Positions 13,301 to 27,700 are shown, counted from the first letter of the stretch. The stretch is 64,000 nt of DNA from Balanoglossus misakiensis (GCA_040954595.2 CM082594.2:9131612-9195611), one strand, 5' to 3'. Program-made: numbers and translations. Notes: generated by a model not told the origin, from the sequence alone.

Positions 13301-16300
13301 CCTCTGAGCGCTTTCAATTTGTGTTTTTCTAAAAAAGAAACTCAGTTTGTGTTACACATTTCATCCAAAAATCAAATCATGTTCATAATTCTATAAACAC
13401 AAAAGTAGGTCTAATCAATGCATCATGTGGCCAGTTTCTCTGACAAAAACACCAGCAAAAAATCAATAAATATGTTTCCTACGGAAGACATTTCCCACTC
13501 TTGTATATTTTGAAAATATGTTTACTAGATCCTTGTCTGCTGACGTACATGGAGTTGTTGATGATTGAGAATGTGAAGTGAAGGGGAAATTGAGAAACTT
13601 AGGAAAGGTTCACAATGAAATTCTTTTCAAACTTGTTAATCTTTTTTTGTCTTAATGAAATGCTAGGTTTTACAATTAATATGCGAAACCAAACATACAC
13701 AACAATAATACTATATATTTGTGGCAGAATGCTAAGATCCCATGATTGGCCCCCGAAGGTGACAGCTTTGCCAGTCATGTTTACCGGGCCACAAGCAGAC
13801 GAGGATTTGTTCAACAGAACAGAAACAAGATTAACGACTTAATGGTGGATTACCCTTTCCTCGAAAGTTGAAAACCCAACAGAGATAGAAATCAAAATGC
13901 CAAATTTGAAGTGTCAGACAGTGGATTATTCAGTGTGTAAGGGCTAATGCCACCACAGAAATTCTGTTAATTTTATCACAGTCTATAGGCACTACATATT
14001 TCAGACTTTGCATGACGAAATCTTCTATGGCATATGTATACAACATTTTAAAGTGAAAGTTCTTTTTGCAATGTCAACACAGACTGCACTTTTTAGAACA
14101 ATCAAAATCATTTGTTATATTATTTACAAGTTTTCAATGCAGCCATTACAATCACAGATTTTCACTTGAAGGGGGAAGCATGTGGGAAAATACATGTAAA
14201 TATGTCACTTAATGGTCAGGCGATCACTTAGACACACCCTTAAACTATACATGGGCATATGCAAATGAAAAGTGGCCCTATATATTTCTTTGGCCTAATT
14301 TCCTGTACTAGATATATATATCTGTGCTTACCAAGATCACCAGTTGGCTTTGTAATATAAAACATAATGAATACATTTGTCCTATGTTTCACTTTCATCT
14401 TGGAAAGTACGGGTCAGAATAACTCACTGACTGTCATCCTACCCCTGGGTACTGTCATGACAGATGAGTCACGAATCACTGTAATGGAGAGTATTGGTGT
14501 GCAAAACTGTCCAAATGGTGTTAGTCCTTTTCTGCATCCATTCGTAAAAAAATAACAATATTCATGAATACTGATGGTTTGCTGTGGAGCTTATTTATCC
14601 ATGTGCAGGGTAGTCATGTAAATTGTGTGATTGAAAAAAGCATCTTGTATCAAATTCATTGGCAGCTGTGCAAAATGTTGCTACATTTTTTTATTTGAAG
14701 AAAACGTTGTTCTGATTGTGAAGTGTTTGTGTTAGGTAACTGCACAAATGCCAGGTATTATATCTGTTAAGTGTGACATGGGGAAACAGTATCAGTTGAA
14801 TTGGTTTGCAGCTCTCAGATATTTCTCAGACACCCCTTTTCACTGCAATTTCACAATGGGTCAGCTAATGTGTTTTTCTCTAATGGATGAAGTGCGCTGA
14901 AAGTTATAGTCCGACACATTTGTACTGACGTGTCTGGATGCACCAGTCTCTAGGGCACAACTAACGTGTATGACGCCATCTTTATGACTGGCCAATGGTG
15001 AAAGCATGAAAAGACAGGCTACCTCTGGGTAAAGGAAAAGACATTCCTTGAGATTGGAAAGAAACACAGCAATTCCCTTTTATTAAAAACAAAATTCACC
15101 ACTACACAAACTTAAACACTTTGTTTGCAAACATCTCCTGAGGTTGAACAGTTTCCAGATAAGACTGATGTTTCAGTTTGACAACAAAGAATGGTTTACA
15201 GCTATGGTGCTGATGTTTCTTTCATTTAACCACCAGTGCATGTCAGTTTCAAAAGATGGAAACTGCTCAATAGTAAGACTAATCAACCAATTTCACTGGT
15301 TTCATTAAAATTGCAGCCAACACTTCCAGAATCCCAGAGTTTCCGGAACGACGCAAATCAAGTGGAAGATACAGCTGTGGTTTAGAGTGTTATCTTGGTG
15401 AGAGAAGAGCAACTGCCAAAGAAGTTAAGTGAATTAGAAAGAAAAAAGTTAGATGTCTTCACTGAGCATGTCAACTTCCACAAGCTCCTTGATGATGCTG
15501 CTTTCAAAATGAAATCATCTAAGTTGTCCCAAAAGACACCTCTGGCAATTAATTCAACATTGTGTCCATTCGGTGAATCATCTGACAAAGCCATTGACAA
15601 ACTTTGGGACTTTTTACATCAGGATGCCACTTGAATTGCAATTCACTGGCGAAGACTCAAACTGGTAAGTCAGACACTAGTCTTTAAATACTTCAAAGTT
15701 TGGCTGCAAGAATAAATAAAATTTCATCAGCCTTTTTATCCATGAGGTTATATTTCCATTATCATTTGCAATGCTTTAAAATCTCCTCACTTTAATTTGA
15801 GTGTCTCTATAGATTTAAACACAAAGCCCTGTCACAAGTTAATGCAGGTGACTGGTCAGATTTCACAGTACATTGTTTGACATGTTTCCATCCACTGCAG
15901 TAGTTTAGCTAGTCTCAGAATGTAAACATCACTGCGTACATATAGAAGGTGCACGTCACCTGGGTAACGGTTCTGTCTCAAGAATACCTATTGCTGCCCG
16001 CAATCAGCCTAGCCTTTACTTCACAATTCCAACTGTGATATATTGGCAACGACCTGGCGGTGACATTTGTGTTGGTGAAATGGAATTAAAGTTACTGGGG
16101 GTAGACTGCAGTAATACTAGGAGTGGCGTTTCCTTGCTGCTGTATAGGGTTTGCTTTGCTTTGCATAGGTGCCACTTAAGGACATTGATAAAACACTGAT
16201 TTGCATAAATCAGTGCGGAACTTTGCTTCCCTTTCCGCTACAGTGGCATGTGTAGATGGTGAAAAAACAGAATACAGGCTTCCCAAAAGCCATCAATAAA

Positions 16301-17230
16301 TCGCTTTAGCACATCTGACCAAATGTCAAGATTCCCTTGATTGTGGAGAATCGGTGAATGTTCGTTACTTTTGAGCCAGTGACTTGATTAGTGGGACTGA
16401 TGTGAACACGCGCTGTTCGACTGGGCAGGACCCTGGTGAGATTTTACAGTTGACTGTTTCCACTGGAACTACACAACCATGGAGACATGCTATGCTTGGC
16501 TAGGTAACAACAAATGACATATTTCATGAGTAAAGAACTTCACCTCTCTATCAACACAAATTCTTTGTCGCCAGTCTCACATAAAAGCAAATATTTTTCT
16601 AAACATGCGAATCCATAACAAAAAATCATTATTCAGGTATTTTCGCGCCATATTGGTTTTGGTATGGATGCAAAGGAGAAATCTAATATTTAAGATATCA
16701 ACACTGACATGCTTATATCAGACAGGAACCAAAAGTACACTGCAAAGCATTTGAGCTGCAACTTTGCTTCAGATGTTAATACTCCAATAAGTTTAGGCTC
16801 TCTTGTAAATTGATTTCAAAAGTTCAAGACCTGATGAGGAGCTTACATTATGAATTCTCAGAGTACTGCGAGAGGAATGATAGTGAATTGCTCTAAATAA
16901 TGCATCATGCTGTGGTTAGTTGTGAACTTTATTCCATTAATCAGAATGCTACGGACCCTTTGCTATATGCGATATGCCATTCAACACAATTTAATCACAT
17001 TTGAATACCAAGATAAACAGGAACGTCACAAGTTTTTTGAGCGATGTCAATTAGAGATTCAGCAGAGCAATTATTTCGAAGCAAACCACGGCTATCTCCA
17101 CAAATTCCATGCTTGAATTGTTTTTTCAGTGGTGTGCATGCTGCCAAGCAAGATAAAAATTCAATTGGCAATTGGCTCAGACCTCTAACATCAGGGTGGT
17201 GGCCTTTTATAAATCAGACACAGGCAGGCA

Positions 17231-17292
17231 CAAGCACACATGCATGCAAACAGAGACATGCACACACGCACAACACACACACAGCTACACAC
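17231..17292. repeat. Degenerate CA-rich microsatellite (UG-rich with UGCAUG in the CELF pre-mRNA)
   Basis: caagcacacatgcatgcaaacagagacatgcacacacgcacaacacacacacagctacacac. Confidence 0.8.
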
Positions 17293-18344
17293 TAGGAAAG
17301 ACCTGCCTGGGGGCACCTATTCTAGAAACAATTTGTTTCATATCAGCAACTTTTTTCGATCCCCATCAGCAATTCCATCAATTTATGCAAAATCATGCAG
17401 CAGACTACATTTCATTGCTTTTTTGCCGGGGATTCGGGGAATTATGGCCTCAGGATATTGAAGGGGATTTCTAGCTGAGCAAAAACACGGTGCAGTACTG
17501 CTAATGAAAGCTGATGCAGTTTTTTTTAGTTAAAGTAGGTTAACCCAATCCCTCTGTGTATTTGGACAGGATCAAGTCCATCTGAGGGAACAAAAGAACG
17601 CCTAAGAAATGCACTGAAAAGCACTTAAAACATACCTGATAAGAATACAAGAAAAACTGAAATTCACCAAAGCAAATCTTGGCAATCACGCTAGCTGGCA
17701 CATATAGAACGTAAGCGGTATTGGCTTACACAGCATAAAGAAATGAAGAATAATTTTGAAGTAACAAAAAGTCTGTACCATTTCATGAGAAATGTATTCA
17801 CACAGGGATCAAACCACATAGTTTAAATTTCTTTCTGTTATGTTTTTATTTTGTGATTCAAACACAGGCTGCTGTTTTTGTTAAATCAATGAAGGGGTTA
17901 CATTCTTAAGACATGCCGACGGAGTGATTACCTTCAAATTTTATTAGTAACTGATGGATTGGATGTGACTGAAATCCACTGGTGGGATGAATGCACTACC
18001 ATGGAAGAGCTAAAATGTTTCAAATCACTTCTTTTATTCTTTTCCTGTTAGTAGAAGGGCTGAAAAAGAGTTGTCACAGGCAGGACACAACAAGCCACTT
18101 TGTGGAAGGAACACATGTCAGAATATTTGAACTATGTACACTCCAACAACAATTCAAAATGGCTGCCGTTTGCTCAGCTGCTCTGAGAAATATCTTGCAG
18201 GCCATTCAAGCAGGCGCCTTCAAATCTTTCTCTCATGTACTGCATCGATATTTTTGTCCTAATTTGAACGGCCCTTTACATACACTGTTTGCATAAAAAT
18301 CGTGGTCTCTCCTTCATTATCTCTCTCTGACACTCAAGGAAAGA

Positions 18345-18417
18345 GACAGTTCTTAATAGAAAAAGGCCAATATGTGAGATGGACAGTTCTTAATAGAAAA
18401 AGGCCAATATGTGAGAT
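18345..18417. repeat. Exact tandem duplication, 36-bp unit (period 37)
   Basis: gacagttcttaatagaaaaaggccaatatgtgagat at 18345-18380 and 18382-18417. Confidence 0.95.
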
Positions 18418-19299
18418 ATTTACCCAATCTATAAATCAAATCAATTTGATGCAGACAGCTAGACATATAAGAGAGACTGTCTACTTCTACTGTTTACTGG
18501 GGGTGAGATCAGCAGCTGAACTTGATACTTAGATATTTTCGTAATTACACAATATTATAATTACTGAAACTGTTAAATCAAGTTACATTACAGACTTTTC
18601 ATAATGTGTCTCTTTTTTTCTGTATAGAAACTTAGTTAAAACACAATATTAGATTGGTCAAACATGGGTGAAAACAATGACTGGGGTGTATTCGCTTAAA
18701 GTAAAAGCTTATCTTTCTGAATTCAGATGTGCTACATTAAACCACATCAAAGTGCAAAAAAAAAAAAAAAATAATGGAGATCTCAGCTCTGAGTCCAAGG
18801 TTCATTTCCTTTTAGTCTAATTCTGTTAAACAGAAGCTTACCAGGAAATGAAATCTTAAAATTGCCTCATTTTGAACAGCAAGTCAACCATGATGACTTG
18901 AGATAAAGAACAAATCTTAATTTCAAATTATTATCAGAGAAATTGTTGGCAGTACAAGCGTGCCTCTGGTAATTACATGAGAAGGGCTCAAGAAAAAAAA
19001 GCTCATATACCCGGTAGAGGTGTAATGTCACAATGTCTCACAATCAATCTTCTTACAAAAAGTTGCCACCACTTCTCAAATTAAGTTCAGTTACAGAAGA
19101 GGATTAATCAAGCTCACAGAGTTGGTTAAATATGGCCAACCTTTGCTGGCAACCATAATAAATCTCTGTTATTCTAAATCGCAAATCAAGTTTTTGACAG
19201 CCTGTCTTTACTAGTGGAATTACATCATGAAAGAATACTTTTGCGGAGACAAAACAGTAATTGACAAATACTTAGCATGTACATTTATGTCTTCAAAAA

Positions 19300-19620
19300 G
19301 TTATATTCAAGTATGTCCAAGTAATTGCTCTGGACATAGTGAAAAATCCGTGCCTGATGGCCGTGTAGGATAATACCACAAACTAAAATGACTTGCATAG
19401 TACATCATCCTTGTATTAAACTTGAATGGAATCAGTTGTGACATATCTCACTAATGACACGAAAAAATCATAGCATGACATTTATATGTACCTTCTAGTA
19501 CAACTGTACGTGTGCATTGTCATTGTACCAAGTTTGAGTGATATTAGTCCAAGCATGTCAGCAGAATTGTTGGGAGTTGATCAGATGGAGGGATGCACAG
19601 ACCCCTGGACAAATGGAAAT
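19300..19620. mobile_element. Probable decayed interspersed repeat fragment
   Basis: Contains tgtaccaagtttgagtgatattagtccaagcatgtc...gatggagggatgcacagac...ggac, which resembles from memory abundant non-autonomous repeats of marine invertebrate genomes. No second copy in the window; boundaries approximate. Confidence 0.35.
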
Positions 19621-20423
19621 ATATTCATCAAAGCCATGAGATATGTCTGAATATAGGATTGATAGCTTAGGACCTTTTCTCTCTCACCGGCAGACCGCAT
19701 TAAATGCCGCCGTTGTACCCACAAAAGAATAAGACAATATATGAAGAACAAACATTGTAATTGTCAAATTTCCTGTCAACATATTGTTGTTTGCACAGTG
19801 GCTTTAATCAGACGCGAGTTCAACAAAGGTAAAGGAATATCGTCAATCTAATATAATCAACGACAATTTCGCAAATAGATAAACATTATAACATGCATCG
19901 GTTAAAGGACAGTGATTGATGGGGTCACTCGTCAGCATTCGTCAGCCGTTGGAAAAGCACATACAATAAGCCTTGAATAACACATACCTTATGACGTCAA
20001 ACACTACTGTGCAAATCTTTTTTTCCGGAGATCGAAGAAAAAAAATTGTTGACTCACTGACATCAGAGCTAACCAGATCAAATTCCCCTGTGATGGGTCA
20101 ACCTCCGGTTTGTCGTATTTTCAGCCTCACTGTTTTATGTACAGCACCCTGCCTTTGGTTTTACGGCCTGTTATGTACCATCTAAACCTCAGTATTGCAA
20201 TCCAGGTCATTTTATTTGCAATTTAGCATCCGTATCTAGGAAATCAATGCGGTTTCTTGAAAAAACGAACTCAATAGTGCCATCAGCCTTCCAAATCAAG
20301 ACATAACCAATACACATCAATAATACAAAACCATGACAAAAGTACTGATTATCTCCAATGTTAAAATGCAGTAGTCTCATAAATTTTCTAGATGGTGATA
20401 ATATTTTATCTCACGCATCATTT

Positions 20424-20504
20424 TTAACATTTTAACCACCACGATTTGATCCAACCCAATTGTTTTCTATGGTGAAGGAGTGTGGAAGGGGTGGAAGGGA
20501 TTAA
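20424..20504 (-). mobile_element. Degenerate, internally deleted copy of the TTAA-flanked MITE (opposite orientation to the other two)
   Basis: ttaacattttaaccaccacgatttgatccaacccaattgttttctatggtgaag...ggggtggaagggattaa aligns to the reverse complement of 38169-38262, including the identical 19-mer attgttttctatggtgaag. Confidence 0.65.
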
Positions 20505-23500
20505 GGCAATGTGAAGCAATCACATCAACCCAACTGTTACTAACATCTCAGCTAAACAAACCCTGGGAAAGTTCAGCATCAACATTAATTGAAATTGGAC
20601 TTACAATTGGATTTGCACTAGTCCGTCTTTGTCTTATCATATTTTGAGGCAAACTGATGCCAGAAGTGGAGTCAGTGTACATGAAAGCGCAGTGTGATAG
20701 AAACTGATGGAGCATGCTGAATACAGCAGCCTTCACTACAGTAGCCCTGGGGGTAATTTATTCGTGCAATAGCTTACTTTGGACAACACTGAAAATGTCT
20801 GACAATCCTTCACAGTTACAGACAGTGTTGATGGTTACGGTTGGCTAAAATACATTTGTGAGTAAAAGACATCTTTGATGAGTTACTTGTATTCTTTAGC
20901 ATGATGAGATATGTGCCATCACAATTCCACCACAGTCACAACTGGTATAGACTAAATGTGGATGTACTTTCTAAACAGCAAGCAAAAACACAAAATAGTT
21001 TCATAAAAAGCTTCTGTTTTCCTAGAAGAGTGTAAAAGTTTCATCTCATTAGAATGATTGCAAACCCACTTGCCTGAAAGTGCATTTCCCTAAAGTTGGT
21101 GCTTTTTTTCATTTGCCCAATGCATTCAGGGAAATAAAACAAAATTCAGGGATTTTCAAATTGATGCATACTTAGGTATCCACATGGAGAATTCACTTCA
21201 CATTTCCATTTGTGTAATAGCAGAATGTCTTACTGTCTTTTAATCATCTTATCTCTGGAGGAAAGTCGACACACTGTACCGACTCTGATCCATGGCTTCG
21301 CGTCTTAATATATAGCTGCAAGTTATCAATGGCCCCAACAATATTCCCAGTCTTTATTACATTTATATGCGGTTTCTCAGGCTTCTGTTTCACTTACAAC
21401 TGCACATGGTGCATGGTTATTGTGCTCTAGGCATTTTCTAATACCCAAATGAAATTGTCTATAAATCCCTACAATCTTGCCCTTTTCTGCTGTTCATTTT
21501 ATGCAACAAATTTTGATGAAGGCGTATGTACCTAATCAAGGATATAATTCACACAAACTGCTTAGTTTTGCAACTGAATATACATCTGGATATTGTCTCC
21601 ATGATATTTCTGAAACTAAAACTCTGTAGTTCTGAATGATTCATTTATTTCTAAATATTTATTGTTTTGATGTAATAATAACAAATATGACAGCCCGCAA
21701 GTGTGTCTTATACATTTTGCCAGGCTTAAGAGTGTGGATTACACTTCTGCCTGTGTTTGACACTGATCCATGTTTGCTGTTTCACTGAGATTTCCAGCTA
21801 GTCTCCATGGATTTCCTTTCCAAATTTAATCTGGCTGCCTCCATTATTGCAGAAACAGTGTCAATATTGGTCACTGGCAACTCCATTTTAACTGAATGCT
21901 CTCACATGTACATGAACTCTGGGCACACAACTGGGACATGTGGCCATCATGTCCACATTGTAAAGACAGAACACATACACCAACTAAAGTTGGGGAGCAA
22001 TATCAGGTAACAATTTGGACTGATTAATATCTGAGAACAAAAATGGAAAATTATACTTTTATTGGAACTTTGCACCGGTGATGGTGATGTATGTATAGAA
22101 TTGAATTTCCTCAGATTTCTCCAAGGGACATATAAATCATATTTTATGAAAGAAAAGCAGTTTACCGGTAGATACTTTTGTGATATTAATTCATCATGTT
22201 TCATCACTTTTATGTTTGAGACAGTGGCTACCAACTTTTGATGATTTTTCTCTACTCTTTGTGTTGTACCAAGAACAGTTTCTTGTTCTATGTGTGCTAG
22301 GTTTTATCATCTCTATACTGCATGAACATGTATTGCCTACATTGTGCTATAAAATGATAACTAAATTGATGTCAAGATTTATATTCAACAACAGTAATGT
22401 ATGAATAATGAACATGGACAGGATGTACAGATGAGCCAAAAACTGGTCTTTACAAAGGATTAATATAAAGTAGAAGACAATGTTTTAAAAAAACAAGTTA
22501 CAGCAACTGCCTCTTTAATTCTCAGGAAGAGAAATGACTACAATAAAGATTGTAATCAATACACTACTTGATAAGAAACCACGTTTTCATCATCTCAGAG
22601 TTCATTCCCATTCATGTCTCTTTTCTTTTTTTGACTCTGAGACAAGCCGATGTTTTAATATTCTTTGATAAAACCGGTAGGAAGAAGCAATCTGCCGTTA
22701 ACTTCTGAACTGCTGGACAATAAATTACAAAGAAGAGAGGAACTTGATTGACCTTTGTGAAGATATGTAGCTCAGAGCCCCAGCACTTAGGTGGTCAAAA
22801 CAGTCTCTAAAGTTAAGCGCCCAAGCTAGCACACCTCTAGTTTACGTCATAATAAGTTACAGGCAATCACAGCAAAAATAATATAAAATTCAAAGTTGCA
22901 TTAATTATGAGGACCCATTCATTGGCCATCAGATACCCAAGGCTGGACAGATTAAGTACCGCGACACCCCATCGCCCATTGACGCAATTAATTGAAATTT
23001 ACGATGAGATTCTGAATCAAGAATATTGCCTCATTTACCATGATCAGAGCATTCAATCTCAGTTGATCATGGAGACGCATTTTAATCGAATTCTAAATTC
23101 TGTTTAGCATACGCTATTGTTTCAGCTACTCATGCACAAAATACAGCTGCCAAGACAGGCGACCTCTGACCTCTGGATTTCATCAGTAATATCATGCCCA
23201 TTCAGTTGCACATATTTCCCGGAATTCAATTTTCTGGCAAATGCTGCCAGGGAATATGGGCAGAATGGTTTGAGGTGTCCCCTCAAGGGAGAATGCTCAT
23301 TACCCTAGCTTTTTACATCATTGATTACTGAATAACTCAATCCAATTCTGTTTACAGCTGTGCTCGACAGTATATGGTCTCAAACTATAACTATATGTGC
23401 ATGGTAAATACTGGTGGTAGCCATCTTGGATCTTCATCAACGTGCTCTACTGAAATGGAATCTCCAATAGGATTTCTTTTCAGTAGAATGTTTTTGTGTT

Positions 23501-24646
23501 ACCCTAATCATTTGTGAAATTGTTTATCTTACAATCAGGGTTCATATCATCAAGTATTTATAAAAACACCCTTGACCATTGTATGAAATATGACCATGCT
23601 TGTAACATCTAATTAGCAGGAAAAAACTAGAACTTGTAACTAAGTCATTCACCCCTCTCTCCTCGAAATAGACGATTCTATTTTTTCATAACTTATTTAA
23701 TCATACATTTTTTCAGCATTTTAAGCATCTTATTTTGAGATAAAAACATGTACCAGTACAACTCTGATTACACTCTGAGTCAAAATAAATGGGATACTCC
23801 TCAACAGGAGAGGTAAATTGCCTGAATTCTGAGCATGATTGTCCTGGGAAAACTAAGACTCTGATTGTTGCATAAATTATTCATGATGTAGATTTATTTG
23901 AGTATTTAATATCAATTTCATGAGCACCGTTATTTGATAGTAAAATACCAGCCCTTTGTTTCACTTCATGATAAATTTACTTCTTTTCGTGGAATAATCA
24001 CTCATTCCAGACTAAAAGCCACATTTCTTCGAAGCATTTTACATAATATATATCTCAGCCAGTGAGTAAAATGAAACCTTGATTGATGTATACATGACAC
24101 TGATTCCACCATGCAAGAATCAAATCATTCACAGACACATATCCCGAAGTTGTTCTTATATTCAATAATAATTTACTTGGGCAGAGAAGGAATCCATCTT
24201 GGCGCAACCCTTAGGACAACAATGCGCTCGTCGAATATTGATGACTTTCCGATAAGCCACAGGAGACTTGCTACCCCTAAATTGCATTATGCCCATCAAG
24301 CACGGATGTGCTGGTGCGGACTTATTTCAACTGTTCCTGCATTTTTCTGCTTGTGTGTGTGTCATCCTCAAGTAATGGTTGAGATCTTTCAAAAAGCGTG
24401 ACTTGAATTCTAAATTCTTGGGGACCCATCAGTGCTTCTGATATACCAGAACCCAAATTGCATTTCCAAGTAAATGCGTCTTAGAAGGGGGAAGCTCTAA
24501 CCATATAATGAAACTTCCTTTTCGATTTCCAGCATCCAGCCTCATTGGATTGCCTCCTTCCCTGCCATTATTGCCATACAGCCATTAAAGCACTTCACTA
24601 CAGTGCATATATATACTCACATTGAAAGACAATACTCAGATGGCAA

Positions 24647-24705
24647 CCTGATTGCTTTGAACAGGAAGCGTGACTAGCCTGATTGCTTTGAACAGGAAGC
24701 GTGAC
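24647..24705. repeat. Exact tandem duplication, 28-bp unit (period 31)
   Basis: cctgattgctttgaacaggaagcgtgac at 24647-24674 and 24678-24705. Confidence 0.95.
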
Positions 24706-27700
24706 GGTGCTAAACGTGTTAAAGACACCTACTGACTGCTTGCTCCCTGTACAGCAAGGTGAACTGTAACAAAAGACTGTTTTCTCAAAACACCATTCAT
24801 TATTCTGAAAAGTGATTTACATACGTCATGAGTTAGTTCCCATCCCTGGTTCTTTTTCCGTTTCAAATATAAGCTTACAGAGAAACAAAGTTTAAGTGGC
24901 ACGCTCTCAGAGAAAGTATTATTGTAACTACTTTGTTAATGGCTGCATTCTATTGCTGAATCTGTACATTCATTTAGACACATTATTCCATTTCTATAGA
25001 AACCTGAGAAAAGTCCAGAAAAAGCTAAGCGTAGAGCAATAATAACCACTGTTACTTGCCCACTTGCTCTTTGACTGACACAATCTCATTTAATTCAGTA
25101 ATATCAACACATGAAAGAGGCCCAATATGAAATCTTATAGTTGTGCCCAGTTTTTTTCTTAATTCTCTGTTCCTTCACTGAGTGTCATATACAATTTTGC
25201 ATGAGGAAAGCAAAATTGGAATTTGAGAGAGAAATAATTTGCAAGAATGAATTTAAACTCTGTTCCTGCATATAGTCAACTAAGTCAATCATACTTCAGA
25301 AAACCTTCTCCAGGGAACCATCAAAGATGGCCGCCCTGCCATCATACTTGACAACAGTGACTTGGGGGCAACTCATTATCACCAGCTTGGGAGAGTGACA
25401 TTCTTACTCATTTTCACAAACCTATATCGCCATTACAAATGACACTCAGATTTCGCTTTTAAAATATGTTTAATATTTTAAAAAGTTTGTGAAAATGTGA
25501 TATCCGAAGGAAATTGGGAACACATAGGTAGTGGCCACCACGCTAGCAGATGAAGCATGGCAGTTTAATAAGTAGAATGTTTTTTAAATTACAAAGCATC
25601 CATTGACATAGCGTGCATGTCCATTGCTTGGAGGAATAAAACGTGATAGTGGTCTTATCACAGGTTTCATCATTGGAACACTGATGGAACTACAAAAAAT
25701 GCAAAATGCAAAAAATGATTGTCAACTTGTCTGCTAGGCATTCTCGCTTTGCTATGCCGCAGCTAGTAACGGTACAGTGAGGCCTGGTAATACTCTGTTA
25801 TCTATCACATGATAATGTTGTTGTTTTTATATGATATGCAGAATATTTGCGGCTACATCCTCCTCTCTTGCCAACTTTTTTGAAAGACATCATGAGCTGA
25901 TAAAAAATGTTGTGCCACACTCAAATGATAATAAATGAGTCTGTAAATTGAGGGGTTTAAACACATATAAAAGACGCCATGTGTGGGACAGGGTGTGCTC
26001 ATTCTTTTAGATACATCTGACATTACTTCTTGTATAAAAAGATGCTGATGTTCAGAGAAAACATCAACGGGAAAGATTGACAGAAGTTACAGCTACAGAG
26101 TCCCTGTAAAAAATCAGTACTTTCAATTTTCCGCAAGTTTACAGCCTCTGTAATCTTTCCTTTTATTCATGGACATTATATGACATCGTCTAAGCTGACA
26201 TTTCAGCTAGAATTAAGCCCTAATCTTACATAAAGTTTGGGGATTTACACAAAGGAAATCTTTTCTACTCTAAGGAGTACATGCATGGTTTACTGATACA
26301 GAATTTCTTCAAAACATTTGCTTCTAGCTCAAGTAAATCAGTTGGTACAAATCTTATGGTACTCTTCACATTCAAGCCAAAAACTTGGTTTTTGACTCAG
26401 TCATAAATATAAATTTTAATGTAGGTATTTTAATTAACAAAATAGTGCCAACTTCGAGAGTGGGAGACATACCGTACATCCTGTTTTGCTCTTTTGACTG
26501 AAAACCAGCAACTTTATTCACATGCTCCAAATATCCCCTCCCTCTGGCCGATACATGTAACTATGATTGTTTAATCAGAAAATTGGCAATGGCAAAATCT
26601 AGGGCAACACGCATCAAATGAAGTAGTTCTGTTCAAATCTTTGTAATATCTGGAGGACATTTTACGCTGTCTTATACTTCCTAATTTTTATCAGCCACAA
26701 ACTAGAATTTCACTCGGGAGCGCATTTACATAGCCTGGAGTCACAAAGATAGTCTGCACAGATCCCAGGCACAGCTTTTCTGTTCGCTTGTAGGTTGACT
26801 CACACACAGGGTGACAGGAATCCCAGAATGCAGTGGGTCATGAAGCCTGAAGGATATTCACATATCTGAGCATGTTCCAGGGACGGATTTCAGGCAGAAT
26901 GATTCAAAACAGAATCTTTCTCACACGTACTGCGTAATTATGGATTCTACCAGTTGGAAAACCTAGGTTATATTCCAAGACAGACAAAATCACTCCCAAT
27001 ATCAAGGTTACACTAACAGAAAGTGTGCAGTTTCCTTTGGCAGAAAAAGAAATGTGATCCACAATTGTTAACTGAAGAAGCCTCATCTGGCTTTAAACAA
27101 GACACTGACGAACTGATGATGGATACTATAGTATCACAGATATGAAACAAGATAAAATAATTAGCTGAAACAAATTAGTGGAAACAAACGAGACTGGAAA
27201 ATGACCCTACGTGCATGAAAACAAAATTTCATAACAGACATAAAAGTACCAGACAGTGGCAAAAGGAGTGATATATATTTTTTCTTGTGAGCAATAGATA
27301 TCTGATAATTTTTTTTTATTTTCTTGATAACAAGATCATCATAAGTGCTAGCATTAATATCCAACACTTCTAAAATATGTCTTATTTTCCCAGTGAACAT
27401 AAAATTGCTTGCAGGCTTGATGTTTGTGTGTACGCCATTAAACGTTATCGCTTGTGTTCGACGCACCATGCATGCTAAGTGATTTCAAATTTTTGCATTG
27501 ATGTCAAAACTTTTCACGTATTAATTTTGCAATAAACAAATCTGTAAGATAAACTGTTTCAACCAAACATATATGAGCACCAGGTTTGGAGAGAAACTCT
27601 CTGGCAAGCGCTGCTGCAATGCCTAAATATGATTCTGTTGATACTGTGCTCCATGGGGATTCCAAGTGAAATGTCTGGGTAAAAATTTATTGAGATAACG

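Noticed and set aside
18345-24705. Direct repeats of 36 and 28 bp, similar in size to CRISPR repeats
   Set aside because: Only two adjacent copies each, with 1-3 nt between them, no spacers, no cas genes, and a eukaryotic context; these are simple tandem duplications.
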